From: Hemiscyllium ocellatum
Taxonomy: Eukaryota
Reading direction: 5' to 3'
Assembly: GCF_020745735.1 (NCBI RefSeq)
Contig: NC_083403.1
Span: 116,268,526-116,332,525, forward strand
DNA length: 64,000 bases
Under the pieces are notes generated by a model, which saw only the letters and a program-made list of their open reading frames with translations, was not told the DNA's origin and made no database searches. A program made the position numbers and the translations under genes. Shown here piece by piece: positions 36,621 to 50,530 of the stretch. The first letter of the stretch is position 1, and each line of letters opens with the position of its first letter.

Positions 36621-37271
36621 TTTAAATGAGAGCTTCTTATCAAGATTCAATGTTAGTTGTTTCTCTGTCACTATAAGACAATTAAATCCTTGGACTTGGT
36701 CAAAGAAAAGTGGATGAGGGGCAGTCTCCTTTCCCCTATGAATACCACAGTATTGTATGTGTTGAAAATTGCTATCAGCATTTGTCACCAGATTATTTAG
36801 AAATCTTTGGCCAGCTCTGAAGTTCAGATAGTTTTTTTTTTCTGGCTTGTACTTCTATAACTAGTATGCTGTAGAAACAATTTATTTTCTATTTACACAT
36901 CAAGGATGTTTGATAGGTTTACAGAACTTATGAACGTAATATCCATAAAAAGAATATCTTTTCAATTTAATGTATTGCCTTTGAACAATAAAAATATTAA
37001 AACTTATATTGGCACTTTATTCCAATGTATGGTTAACCAGCATCTGTGGGTCAAAGATATAATATTGTAAAACTGTAGACATTAAAGTTATTTTGTTCAA
37101 AGCACATGAATTATTTTCTTCACTGTATCAAAATAGAAACATCATAAAACAAGAACACAGGATTTTTTTTCCAAATGCCAGACAGTGGAGTTAACCTCTG
37201 ATCATTGCTGATCACTGGTGCATGCAGCTTCTTATGTAACAAGCAACCATTAAAAATAATGTGGTTCAGGA

Positions 37272-37640
37272 GAGGTGATAATGATCATGTCTCTGGACTA
37301 TTAATCCAGAGGCACCAGCTCTGACGACATGAGTTCAAATGCCATCACAGCAGCTAGCGGAATTAAATTCAGTTAAAAAATCTGGTGTGTAAACGTAGTC
37401 TCAGTAAAAGTGAAAATATCATCCCTGTAGTGAAAATATCCTTGAGGGAAGGAAATCTGACATCCTGATCTGGTCATGTCTACAATGTGGTTAATTCATG
37501 CCTACAATGTGGTAATGTGGTTAATTCGTAACTGCTCTTACAAATAGCCTGGCAAGCCAGTCAGTTTAAGGGCAATTGGGGATGGGTGATAACTTCTGGC
37601 CTTGCAAGATGTGCCCAAATCTTGCGAGAGAATCTTCAAA
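37272..37640 (+). mobile_element. tRNA SINE with second-family CR1 tail
   Basis: ctggactattaatccagag, B box gagttcaaatg, gagggaaggaaatctg, tail gggcaattggggatggg. Confidence 0.7.
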
Positions 37641-38769
37641 AACGAATTGGTCGGGGTTTTGTTTAAGTGGAGGTGATCCTGTGGTCCAGCCAGAAAGTCA
37701 GGGGCAATTCTGCCTGTCCAGTTTCTAAGAATCCTGACTGGCTTTACATCATTAAGCAGCTCGTAAGGTACCATCAGCATTCTCACCCTGTCAAGGAATG
37801 AGACTTTGAAGACTCCCACTAGTTAATTAGATGGCCAGGAGTTTGCCAGCTTGACTAGCCCCACTGGAAGTGATGGCATGCTGAGACTGGCCCAACCCAG
37901 AGAAACAGCATGAAGATTGTCCTTGAAATGTGCTAAATGAGACTGGGGTTACCAAGGCCCCATCTGAATGAACAAGCCAAAGGAAATATGGTTTAGTTGA
38001 TGAGGTCCTGAGGGCTTCTTGTCATGGGACAGTCATTGCTTTGTGGGTCACAGTGCCCGGCCAGAATGCCCTCCAGCCTACTGAACCCACAAAAGCGACC
38101 ATCAAGGTTCACCAGAGAATCTCCCCACAAGGTGGAGGGTCCATCTGTATCTGGCAAATGCCAGCAACACTGGAAAAGGGTGCTCAATCAGTCACTTAAG
38201 GAGTTCATTTCACAATCAAGTTATCTTTCATGCTGCTGGCAAACTGCCATAGTAACAGAGAGCAATGGCCATGGCAACCACTGTCCTCCCTCTTGACACT
38301 CTGGCCCCGTCCTGCCTATAAAGTCCCAATCATTGATTTTAAAAGTGAACAAATCTAGACCAGCTTCTGTGTTCATGGTTTCCCAGCATGTAGTGTGTCT
38401 GCAAATGTAATGCATGTTTTGAAATGTAACAAAGGATGTATCAGTATCCCTCTCATGTGTTGTTTTGTGATAAGCAAACAGACTTTCTCATAATCTGTGA
38501 ATTCTGTCCTGTTAATGGACACCTCTAATCTAGGGGCAACATAAGCCAGTCTTGAAAAACTGGAAAGTAGCAAAACCTGGCATTCTCCTGTAACCTTTGA
38601 GCAGGAACAGGAGAGGATCCAGCAGGCCTCACAGTTGTGTTAGCAAAAGAAATGGTGGATCAGATTGGAATGTAGCTGTAGGCCTCAGCACCTGATACTC
38701 AGGGAGGAGAGGGAAGTGTAGAGTAACGGGTTAACAACATTAAGTCTAACAATCATTAACTTTGGTGGA

Positions 38770-38977
38770 GGGTAAACCTAAAGTAGCCATCATCCAACCA
38801 GACCAAAGGGGTGTTCTTAAACTAGAAAATCAACTGGTGATGGTTTAACCTGAGGGTCACTACACCTCAGGCGAGGGGAAAGATTGAGTCCATCACGGTA
38901 ACCTCAGCTAATGCTGGAATTGAACCCATCACTTTTAATTGCAAATCAGACATTCAATCAACTTGAGCTGAATGACT
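38770..38977 (-). mobile_element. tRNA-derived SINE, same family as 10636-10856
   Basis: ctggtgatggtttaacctgagggtc and ggaattgaaccc are reverse complements of the body and B box of the first copy. Confidence 0.7.
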
Positions 38978-40607
38978 CTAAAAGCAGTTGTGCAACTAGA
39001 AAGAATTGCTGTTGAGGAAACAGAGCGGCCAAGACCATATCTGCTCAAAACTTCACAAGGAGATATAAGGAGAAATAGAAGGGCCACAATGTCTTTGGAA
39101 GGTAAATGAGTTTGAACTTATTACCTACACTTTAATGAAGAGTGGAGGCTGAGTGAAAGCTCAACAAGTATCCACTATGCCCACTCAAATCAAAAGAAGG
39201 GAGAATATAGTTAGCTGTCAATACCAGAAACAAATCTAAACAAGACCAGTCAGGTTTGGAAAATATCCTCAGAGGCTGTTCCGCAGCTTTTGAGGTTTTG
39301 GGTTGACATGGAGGGGAAAGGTACATAATGGGAACAAAGACCTGGGGAGGAGATTTGGAGTAATGGCTTAATGGAATGTGTCTAAGAGAGCATGATGTAA
39401 TGATAATGTAAAGTCACATGGACAGAAGAGAGTCTGGAGAGAGATCTCATGAAGGAGACACTAAGTTTGTGTTCATATGTGAATATGCCAGTGGTTAGCC
39501 TGTAAGTAAGGTTACTCTTAAAATGTATCTAGACCACTGTACAGTCATTTGAGAGACTCCTATTTCCCCCATCAGAAGACAAAAGACAAGGAACACCTCA
39601 GCCCCAGTTTCAAAACGAATTGCACCATCTGCCAGTCACTGTGAAACTGCATTTTCAAGCTAGGGAAATATATAGAAATGGCTTTTACCAAGATGATATC
39701 TCTACATTAAAAGTAGTTTGAAGAATTTGTATTATAGTTTGGTCTGAAGAAACAATTATTCAGCTGTTCTTATTATTAGTGACAAAGTTAACCCCCATTC
39801 ATGGAAGGAAAATTGTATCTTTCCTTGGAATTCCCATAATATTTTTCTTGATTATAACATTGATTCAAGACAGAAGTTGAATGGCCTCTTTACTGATGTT
39901 ACAAAATGGAGGTGAACCTTTTCTGTTAATTAAACCAAACTTCCAGAAATGCTCTATCTGTACTCTAGTGTTTCTAAAAGTAGCATGGGTTTTGAACATT
40001 GTGTGGTCAGTATGAAATAAAATTTTTAATTGGTGTCTATTACATGTATCTTTGCTGCATTTAAAATAATAAAATGCAAGATTATTAAAATACGTATTGT
40101 AATCGTACCAACATAAGTAAAATAACAGATGAACTTCTAAACCTGAAATATAAACAGAAAATGTTGGCTAAACAAAGACAATCAGAATTTGAAAAAAGAA
40201 ACACCAGGTTTATGAGATTTCTGGAGTGTACCCTTCATCATGATAACAGGGATAAACAAAGAGATTAAATGGATAGAGTGTGACATAGTAAAGGCTTCAG
40301 TGGGTTAGAACCAGATCTGATAGTTAATCAGTGATCTCTGTTGGGAATATGCTTGTTGGCGAGAAATAGAGACATTGGGCAGATAGACAATGCATGATAA
40401 GACATGCAAGAATTGTAAATACACAGAAAAATGACTTAACAAATATATTAATTAAACTTGGAAATATAATGCAACATTATTCTTTCTCCTAGACCTTTAC
40501 AAAAAGTGCATCTTTATAACATTTTATGAAATACTGATATTGAACAACTTTTACCTTGATATGCCAAGCATGCTTTGTAAAGGCAATCTGATAGCCAGAA
40601 CTTGTAG

Positions 40608-40912
40608 GAGGAGGTGATTGCCAAGTGGTATTATTACTAAACTGCTAATCCATAGACTCATGTAATGCCTTAGAACTCAGGTTCAAATGCCACAATGGCA
40701 GAGGGAATTAAGTATCTTATAATGGCCATGATTCCATCGTCAGGAAAAAGCCATTTGGTTGACTCCTGTGCTTGAGGGAAGGAAAATTGTCATCCTTTCG
40801 CAGTCTGGCCAACATATGACTCCAATTCCAGAGGAATGTGGTTGAACCTGAAGAATTAGGAATAGATCATAAATGCTGGTCCAACTAGCCACACTCTCAT
40901 CCCATGAGTGAA
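40608..40912 (+). mobile_element. tRNA SINE with second-family CR1 tail
   Basis: agtggtattattact, ggttcaaatgccac, gagggaaggaaaattgtcatcc, taaatgctggtc..catcccatgagtgaa. Confidence 0.7.
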
Positions 40913-41798
40913 GCCTTGCTGAAGTCATCAAGATCATTGTGAAATAATTTATGTGATGATTATTCTAGCATTCCTATTGATATTAATGAGTCTGGACATC
41001 ATTTTAATGATAGCTTCATGTTGAAAATAAACTAATTTTGAAATATCTTAATTTAAACATCCTGTTCATAATAGTTTTTTTGTAGAAATTAATATGAAAG
41101 AACAGTCATATCTGATATGGAATCCTTTTTCTTTTAACTAATTGAAAATGATCAAATATGTCACATCATGTGTAATATGTGACAGTGAAAAACTGACTAC
41201 AAATGTGACAATGAGGAATTTACAAACTGCAATACAACAGGAAGACTTTATTTACATATGAATGCAACAGTAATTTGTGATGTTAGCAAACCTTTTTTTT
41301 ATTTCAGAAATATGCTAGAACTGTTAAAGTTATACAAAACTTTCAAAGCAACAGTGTTGTTTGTTTTTACAAAATAAAAGCAACCTACTTTTCTGCTTTC
41401 AGAGGAAAGTTTTCAAAACTGTGTTTGTTTTCCCTTTATTTTGTATGTTATTGTACCCTAAGTTCAGGAACTCTGGCTGCTTCTTCAGTCGCTCTGAGTG
41501 AGATTCAGTCACAAACACTTTGGTGAGACATTTATATGGGTGCAATAATAAACAAATCAGTGAGCCTTCTCGATGATCCTGCTCACAATAATTAATCTAG
41601 ATTAGAAAGAGAAATATGCAATTAATTTAAGTAAATTAGTGGAAGCAGTCTCATTGGTAATCTACCTTGGAAAGAAAATGTCATGTTTAACAATGATAAA
41701 CCATATTCATAATGTTAAACATGGAACATATTCATAGAAGATATATTAGTTCAAGAAAATTCTGCTAAAAGGGCCATTGAAAGGGCTGCTAAAATGTT

Positions 41799-42441
41799 TG
41801 TTGTGGGTCAAATGACTTTCAATGATGACACGGATTACCTCGGGTCTCCAGAAAGGTCCTTATTTGCATCGCTCTAAATGGATTGCACCATCGAATGGAA
41901 CTACCAAGCTGAAAGCAATGCCTTCTGGTGTTTGGAGGCTTATCCAAAGTGAATACCAATGGACTCCTGGACTTGCATTCCCCGAGTTTAAAATGAACAA
42001 TGAGGCCAATAAAGAATCAGCCAAATTACAAGCAATCTGGGTGGATATTAGACATATTAAGATCATATGATCAAAACTAACTTTAAACAACAAATCTTTA
42101 CTACCTCAAAACCCAAATGACAACCAGTCTGTTTGGACACCAAAAATGCAAGAGGGCCAATACCTCCAGACAGACCAGAACAAACATTTAGTCAACCCAG
42201 GCAGTATAAGAGGGAGTATTTGTGTTTTGCATTAAAAGACTCACATCTCAGGAAACAAGGCCATAAACTTGTCAGGAAATCCAGAAACCAACAACTTCCA
42301 TTTAACCAAAACATAACCAGGAACAACAACCAATCCAGCATGAAGCCTGTGCACTTTAAAGGACTGGAATCTGTATAGGTTATTCGTTTATTGTATTTTT
42401 GGAATTAATGTAAATGTGTGCTGTGTCCTTAGAATCCAACA
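41799..42441 (+). mobile_element. Candidate solo LTR
   Basis: TGTTG...CAACA termini, TATA-like gtataag (~42203), ATTAAA (~42231). No clean TSD. Confidence 0.4.
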
Positions 42442-44703
42442 TTGCTTATAGGAGGCTGCCTGTGAGCTTGGAGAAGGAGTATGCTTCAATGCGTTTACAT
42501 TTCAGCGTGTTCGTCCACTTCCTGAAATGTTGAGTATTTCATCGGCTGGATGTCAGCACCTGGTCCATTTTCATTTTTCCTGTCATCAACCTGTTCAGAA
42601 ATGTTTTTGCACCTCTGGAGCATGCACCTACAAGAACTCTCTAACATAGTCAATCTTACCACCTACTGCCAATTGATACCATTAAGCAGCCAATTAATGA
42701 CCACCTAAGGTCTGATCCTGTTACAGCTGGTATGAACCCAGCTGCAGGCCAGCCACCGGCACTGCAGCTGGAACTGCATAGCAAGCTTTTCATCTCTGGG
42801 CAGGATGGAGGGTGGGTGGTTGTCCCTCAATCAACGGCACTCGGTACTTGATAGAACTCAATATCTAGAGGAAGGGGTGGGCCTGTTGAGAGCCATCCCC
42901 CTTCCTTTGGTACAGATCCCCTGAGCCCTCTCCTGACAACTCCCACCTCATAAAACTCCACACACTGCCAACACTACTTACATGTTTCTGGGTCACTCCA
43001 ATGGGTGATTTTGTTGTGTCAGCCATGACCCTCCCTTGTGGCAATGCTGCTAGCCTCTGATAGACTGACAGTTCTCATAGGCAAGACCATTACCTGATTG
43101 ATTTGTGATTCAATGAGCCTAATGGAAACAAAACCAGGAGAGGGATGATAGGATGATGATCCTTCTATTTTATAATCACGCTATAATTCCAATTATTAAC
43201 TCGATATAGTTATCCTGTATGGAACACAGTGTGAGATACTGTTACGCACCTGTGTCATTTTGGAATGACAACAGATGTTTGTGAAACTGTTATGCAGTTA
43301 TATTGAAACTGATAAAACACAAAGCAGTATAAATTGTCCAGTGGAATTCATGCTTTGCAGGCATTTAAAACAGAATCACAATTTCAGGGATCCATTTCTC
43401 ACACCCCAAGGACTCCTAAAGACATGCAGTTTAAAATCACCTTGGGATATATTGCAGACTGCTTTAACAGATATGAAGTCCCCTATTTAAGAAACCTGCC
43501 ACCGATTTCAGGATCGTGATGTTTGGGGCAGGTGTCATGCCAGCAAGGGGCACCATTCTTAAGCTCATTCAAGGAAAAAGAAACTCCATTCACAAAAAAA
43601 TGCAAGGGCCTCTCAATTAAAAGAAATGCACCCCTTTTTAAAATTTCTCTTCCCTATCACCTAACTGCTCCTTTGTCATTAATCTTCCTTTTCCTCCTCT
43701 GCACACCTGTCTACTTCCCCCTTTCATTTGTTTCCCTTCTAATTTATCCTTGAATCCCTTCTCCTCCTCCCCCTCATTTATCTTTCTCCTTTCTATACCA
43801 CCCTGCAGGCCCATAACCTGCAAACATGGAAGCCACCACGTAATAAAATTGCCAAATTAAGACGTTTAGCAAAGATTTAGTCTTCACTCATTAAAATTCA
43901 CAAAAAAACGAGCAGGAATGTGTGAAAATTGCAAATGGTTGGCCATTTTTGATTTGCTCTCAAATACGCTCAGAGAAAGGGCTGCACTTTCCACCTGAAG
44001 CTGATTTCAAGAGGCACAAATCATGATTACATTTTTAGGCCTTATTGTAGCTGGCAACCTGAAGGCACCAAACAGGCATTTTTGTTGCAGCTAGCCCTTT
44101 GCATTCTCTCTCATTGGTGTGGGATCAAACCAGTTTACATCAACAAGCTCCCTTCAAATTAGCCAAGATCTCCTCCATCCATTTGCCAATCCACCTGAAA
44201 CTTACATGCAAGGACCTAGTCTTCAGCCTTTTTGTTGCCAGCTGTCCACCTTTCAGCCACTGTGTTTTTGGTGTTGGGAAAGCACTCAGTTGTGTGTGAC
44301 AACACTTCTGGGGAGGAAAAGAGAGAGAAAAAAAATGAAGGGACACCTCACCACTGCCTTCTCCAGGGAAAATATCTTCTAGCCTAACAGTAACATTTGC
44401 AGCCCACAACTGAAAACAAAAGAGTTGGAAACATCCAATCTCTGTTGCCAAGTCCTGAGCTTCTCTCAGCTGGAAACAGTTGGCACTGATTTTGACTAGT
44501 CAGCTACTACTGAGGGGAACAGTTAACATCGCTCATAACTGTCATTACTCATTGGAAACAATCAACATTGGTTGTGACTGTTTAGTAGCTGGAAACATTT
44601 GACACTGGTGAGCTTCTCCTGGCCAAAAAAAGCCATTGTCTCTTACTTTTTAAAAAATATAATCCCAATCAAATACAACTTATGTGAAAGAGGAACAGAG
44701 ACA

Positions 44704-45040
44704 GAGGTCCTTTTGTGGTACAGTGATAGTGTTCCCTAATCCTGGATTGGAAGCTTGGGTTCTAGTCCCACCTGCTCCAGAAGTATGTAGTCACATCTCT
44801 AAACTGATTGATTAGAAAATAGGATTAAAAAGGAGCCAGAAGGCTCTTGTGGTAGTGTCCCTACCTCAAAGCCAGAAGACCTGTGTTCAAGTCCCACTCG
44901 TTCCAGAGCATTTCTGAATGGGTTAAGTAAAATAATTAAGGGCTGTAACCAAGAGGTAGTATCCCTTCCTTTGAATGAGGAGGCCCAGGTTCATGTTCCA
45001 GAGGTGTACAATAACATCACTGTGTAGGTTAATTAGAAAT
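44704..45040 (+). mobile_element. Three head-to-tail copies of a ~110-bp tRNA-like SINE
   Basis: Each unit has gtggtagtgtccct(a)cct, ggttcaagtcccac, tccagag and gattagaaaat. Units at ~44704-44821, 44840-44935 and 44940-45040. Confidence 0.75.
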
Positions 45041-45624
45041 TAGATGTAAAAACAGTGAACCCATCATGAGCAAATTAAAGTCTTGCGTATCAACATGATG
45101 GAGGTAATCCTGAAAGTCTGGTTAAGAAACTGAAACACTAACTGCAGCTGCAAGCTTCAAACTTATTGGGAAAACATAACTAAATTAAATGAACAAACAT
45201 ACCTAAATTAATCATTACATACATCTTTCAAAAGCACACTTTCTTCACAAAGTTTTCATCCAACCAAAATATTTCCAGAAAACGTTTCTTGTTGCAATCT
45301 GATACTTTATTAAAAACAGAGGTTTTATAACTTTGCCCCTTATGACACATTTGGTCTTGTATGCAGATGTGTTGCAATGAAGATTGCTGATGAGAGAGAA
45401 TAAAAGTGAGTTCCACAAAATTTCACCAGCAAAGTAAAAAGGATGTTTCAATAAAATTACAAAATAATTTCAATTGAGTGTAAGTAAATCAAGGAGCATG
45501 AACACAGACCAGTTTTCCGGTTAAAGACAGATTTCATATTGTCTCAGTTTTCATATAAATTCAATTAATCTTTCCCTCTGTGGAGGAATATAGGAACAGA
45601 TAGCAGCAGGGCAGACTGACATGT

Positions 45625-45965
45625 AGAAAGAAAGAATTGCATTCATTATGCATCTTTTGCAACCTCAGTACATTCAAAGCACTTTACAGCTAATTTCTGC
45701 ACAGCACAGTTCCACAGATACTAATATGATAGTAGTTGGACAAATTGTTGTAGTGATGTTGATTGAGATATGCATATTGACCAGAACACCAAGGATAACT
45801 CCCCTGCTCATCTTCAACATAGAAGCAATCCCATGACACTATCTCATTCAAAGGTCTGCCAGTGTGATACTCCCTCACTGCACTGGAGTGTCAGTCACAG
45901 TCAAGGGCCAGTTGTCTGGACTGGACATCCCACAGAGACGTATTTCAGGGACACGGTCACCCAGT
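45625..45965 (-). mobile_element. DeuSINE-like SINE, old
   Basis: Reverse complement of the tail (caaagcactttacagc) and Deu domain (tagtgatgttgattgag..ccagaacacc..aactcccctgctcatcttc, actccctcactgcactggagtgtcag). Confidence 0.7.
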
Positions 45966-47267
45966 GAGAAAACACAAGGCTAGGACAGATGTTGGAGAAA
46001 TAAAGAGAGAGAAAGGGATGGAAGATAGCATACCACCCAGAATGAGTGTAACACAAATGTACACAAAGCAAGAAAGGGGAAAAAATTCACCAGATATAAG
46101 ACATAAGCTATAAGATACGGAAGTTGCCAGCTGGTACCAATTCAGCTGACCCTACACTCAGCCCAAGTGCTCAACTCACTGGCATTGTTTAAAATTGTCA
46201 TTTCGATTAAATTGCCAGTCAGTACCACCCGCTAACTCTATGAACAGCTGTTTCATGTTGAAATTGCCTTCACAGAAGCAAGAGGAGAGATACAGAATAT
46301 CATAACACTGATTAAAGTTTCATGGCATTAAGTAACTCATGCTGTTATAAAGCAGCAGTATCTCTGACTTCCTATTTATAATACTTAACACAAAATATAA
46401 TTGGCATGATAATAGAGGAATGATCATGATTTCTATTCATTTTAATGAATGGGAAGAAATTCAGCCTGATTCCTTTTTGGGTTAAAGACCATCCCAGCCA
46501 CTCTCCTGAAATTTACTGCACTCAGGTGATCCAAAGTACCCAATCACTGAGCAGAAACATCTTTTAGAGTTTCTTTTGACCAATATCCAAACCTCATTGA
46601 TACTAAGGAGGATAAAGTTGATTTTAGCTCAAACCATTGTTAACTAATTACTTCTGTCAGCATTTACAGCCAGCCATTCCAAGAAAAATAATATTGAAAA
46701 GTGAAGAGAAGACTCAGCCATGTTAACCTAATTGCCTAAGATTTCTTTGAGGCTTTGGTCCATCTTGTTAATGCTCTGTACCTGCAAACTGAAAAATAAT
46801 AAAGCTTTTTATTAAAAGCTTCAGGCCAATCCACATCCAACAATCTGCTCAGAAAACCCTGCTGAAATGACAACAGTCACAGGTCCCTCACCCTGACCTG
46901 CAATATCATATGTTTCTAACACTCTCCCCTATCCCAACCCCACTCACAGGTCTTTTATTTTCTCCCACAAAAATCACAATTCCCCAACTCAGCTCCACTG
47001 TCACTGCTCTCTCATTTCAACCTCACCTTCTACCCACTGTTCTCACAGTCTCTGATTTCACTCCCTCCTATCCCACTCTCACAGGTCTGTCACCACTATC
47101 TCCCACCCATCCTTCTCTCAGAGATCTCTCTGAGAAATGTACCAGAAGGAAACCAAAACCAAGCCTAATATCTGTTATCAGGAAATGACTAAAATCCAGA
47201 ATTAAAGATGGAAACCTAGGAATTTGGACTCAAGTGAGATAGCAGGACTTGGAAAATCCATCTGTAC

Positions 47268-47790
47268 TGTTACAACATGGAGGTGAACCCCTCTGTTATT
47301 TGACCCAAACACTCAGAAAAGCTTGACTCGCCTTATAATTGGTTAAAATCTAAGTGACAGAGCACTCCCAAATTCCACTAATTAGAGAAAATAACATCAA
47401 TTCATTTTTTAAAAGGTCTAAAAGTGAACATTAAACAACTATTCACAACTCTAAGCCCCACTTTGTCTGAACTGCTTACCATTTGCCTCCATATCTATAA
47501 CAGTAAGCATTTTCAATAAGACACTTATTAAAATTACATTAACTTAATTTCAGAACTACACAGTCACTGTCTTCTTCTCTATCTTCACTCTTCTGGCTGA
47601 TGATCTCCCTGGGTTGTCTTCTTTCTTTTTATTGTAGTATGTTTCACATGAAAAGTTTCCTTTGGCAGTGAGTGTTTTCTAATTTCTTAGAGAGCAAGCT
47701 GTTAAGATGGTTAGTTAGCTCTCCGGGAGTTTCTCTCTCTACAGAAGTTGCTCTCTTAAAGGTACAGTACTCACTTTCAACCTCATAACA
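47268..47790. mobile_element. Solo LTR (Gypsy-like)
   Basis: TGTTA...TAACA termini; 4-bp flanks GTAC/GTAA (3 of 4 match). The first ~55 bp recur at 39897-39955 (tgttacaaaatggaggtgaacc). Confidence 0.7.
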
Positions 47791-48581
47791 GTAACCAATG
47801 CTGCCTTAAGAGACATTCACCAGGGGTGTGGATTGGGGATAGAGCTGGGTGCACTGTTCCCAAGCACAGATTGGAGATGGCCACTGGAGCTGCCAAGTGC
47901 TGAGGCAGGATGGTCACAATTTGTCAATACTTTGTTGAATATTAGCCTTCACTCCTCACACCTCCTCAATGCCCCCCCCCCCCCCCATTATACCCCATCC
48001 ACAGCAACCCATAGTAACAACCCCCAACCCAATGACACTTCATACCTGCCATTGCCAACTCATGTCCCTCACTTCCATGACTCCTTATAACCCACATCAA
48101 GGTATTGCTGGCTGATGCCAATCCATCCTCCACTTTTGCCTTTTCACTGTCCATGGCAACTCCTCAGTATCCAGTATGGGCATACTATATACCAGATTAA
48201 GATGAAATAAAATATAAGTTTAAATATCTGTTTTAACTTTTACTATGGTATGGAAAACTCAGATTCATGGAAGTCTTTCAAAACATTCAAAACCATGCAA
48301 GGGAAGTCCATAATATCACATCAAAGACAGCTAATCCATTACCAACCTTGTTGAGCTATGAATCTAGTGTCAATTTAGGAAGCCCTACTTTGATAATGAT
48401 AGGTTTGTTGAAAGCAACCAAGCATTGATGATGATAATAATAGGCTTTGGGAAATGTTACCAAACAGTATCCAAAATATGTCTTTTTAGCATTTATTAAC
48501 ACATTTATCTGACAGTTCTTAAATTTTAAAAGGCTGGGTTTAACCTCTCCCTGGTACAGGGAAGCTATTACCCAAGAGGCC

Positions 48582-48863
48582 AGGGCAGCATGGTGGTTCA
48601 AGTTGTTAGCACTCACAGCGCAAGAGACCCAAGTTCGATTCCATCATCAGGCAACTATCTGTGTGGAGGTTGCACATTCTCCCATTGTCTCTGTGGGTTT
48701 CTTCTGGGTGCCCTGGTTTCCTCCCACAGTTCAAAGATGTGCAGGTTAGGTAGATTGACCATGCTAAATTGCCCATAATGTCCAGGGACATTTGGGTTAG
48801 ATGGATTAGTCATGGGAAAAGCAGGGTTACAGGATTGCTACCACACTGTAAGGATTCTATGAT
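48582..48863 (+). mobile_element. HE1-type SINE
   Basis: A/B boxes, V-domain, tail cacactgtaaggattctatgat. Confidence 0.88.
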
Positions 48864-49299
48864 TTTTCTTTAATTTTCAAAGAACTAGTTATTTAAATAA
48901 CTTTATATCATGGCATTTCTACAGATCCTCTCTGTCATTCAAGATTATTTATGACCAAACTAAAGATTTGTAATTCCCATGCTGTGGATTAATGTGTTAA
49001 TAATTTAGCAAAAATACATGATTTATGACATTGTTTATTTCAGCGGGGTGTGTGTCACAAACTTCCCCCCTTTTCCCCTCCCAGCCTCCTGCTTGTCTAC
49101 CTTGGATTTCAGCATCTGCAGATTTTTTTGTCCCTTTCCCCTCCTGACATGTAGGGGTCCTTGGGAAGTGAAGCAAGACTTCCAGATCCAACAAATCCCA
49201 CCCACCATATCGGAATTCCACAGAGTCTCCACAACTCTGCAAAGATCCAAGCGAGATGACAGAGCATCTTATAAATTTTTGGCTGATCGGAAAGAACCT

Positions 49300-50530
49300 G
49301 ACAAACCTAAGTGATTTTCTTTTGAATTGGTGACTAGTAAGATGTTTATGGATGTTATTTGTATGGAATTCAATGAAATCTCTCTCAGAAAACTGTTAGT
49401 TAAATGTGAAGCTACTCGAATTGAAGGCAAATTATTGACCTTGTTAGGAAATGCTCTGTGCAGCAGGAGATAGAGAGTGGAGATATTGACAAAGTACTCT
49501 AATTGACTGAATGTGGCTAGTAGTGGTGTGCAAAGATGTGCATTCTCACCATCTTTGTAAGTGACTTAGATAATGGGATTGTAAGCAACATATTCAAGTT
49601 TGTTGATGACTTAATGATCAGTTCTATTGTAAACATTGGAAGGAATAAATTATAAAGAGGCACTTATAGACTGAGTGAATGGACAAAACTGCTACAAATG
49701 GATTTCCTGGTGAGTAAATGTGAGATCATTTGCTTAGGATCTATAAATGTTAGATCAATGTTACTTTCCAGTGGTGAAAGAAACAAGCATTAAGATCTAA
49801 AGAAACTTTAACTCCCAAGGAACAATAGGCCATTCAATCCTTCAATCCTGCAGAGAGGATACAGACCTAAACTTTCTTTCCTAGACAGTCCATCCTGAAA
49901 GGAGTCCAGACCATCACACAGTCATGTCTAATCAAATTCTGATACAACTGAAGCAAGTCTTCACTATTCCTGTATTGAAATCCTCTTGTAATAAAGTCTA
50001 ACTTTTTATAAGTAGTCCTCATGGCTTGCTACACCTGTATGTCAGCCTTCAGTGACTTACTCACATGGGCACCCAAGTTCCTTTGTTCATCTACACTTTC
50101 CAACCAGTTAGCATTTAAGAAATACTTTGTGCACCTGCTCATCCTACCAAAGTGAATGACCACATGTCTCCACATTATGTTCCACTGGCCATGTTTTTGC
50201 CCACACACAAAGTCTGTTCAAATCCTCCCAAAAGTACTTTACATCTTCTTCACCGCACACATTCCCATTAAGTTGTGCATCATCCATAAATCTGGGAATA
50301 TTACATTTGGTTCCCACATGCAAATCATTGGTGTTCTACATATTAGTTCATAGATCATTCTAACATCATTAGGAGATGCAGAAAGTAATCAAATATCTGA
50401 TGATTTGTTGGACTTTATATCCAGAGTACTAGAAACCATCAAAATAGATGTTATTCTTAACCAATCCAAAGTCTTGGTTAATCAAAAGGTTTATCATGTT
50501 CAATTCTGAGTAGAACACATCAGGAAGGAT
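49300..50530 (+). mobile_element. Old CR1 RT fragment (+) interrupted by an antisense CR1 fragment (~49810-50330)
   Basis: MDVICMEF, IEGKLLTLLGN, FKFVDD and RLSEWTKLLQMDF..KCEII on +. Minus-strand CR1 lies between, and the + strand resumes at gatgcagaaagtaatc. Confidence 0.65.

Noticed and set aside
41822-42070. ORF containing GVWRL, reminiscent of the AGPAT5 first exon (the human downstream neighbour)
   Set aside because: Only a 5-residue coincidence. No hydrophobic N-terminus, no CpG island and no other AGPAT5 motif.
44420-45040. CRISPR-like repeat-spacer array
   Set aside because: Vertebrate context, degenerate repeats, irregular spacing and no cas genes. Explained by a minisatellite and tandem SINEs.
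46880-47130. Pro/Thr/Ser-rich ORF 46910-47188
   Set aside because: Degenerate C/A/T-rich simple repeats (ctcacaggtc units) with no splice or domain support.
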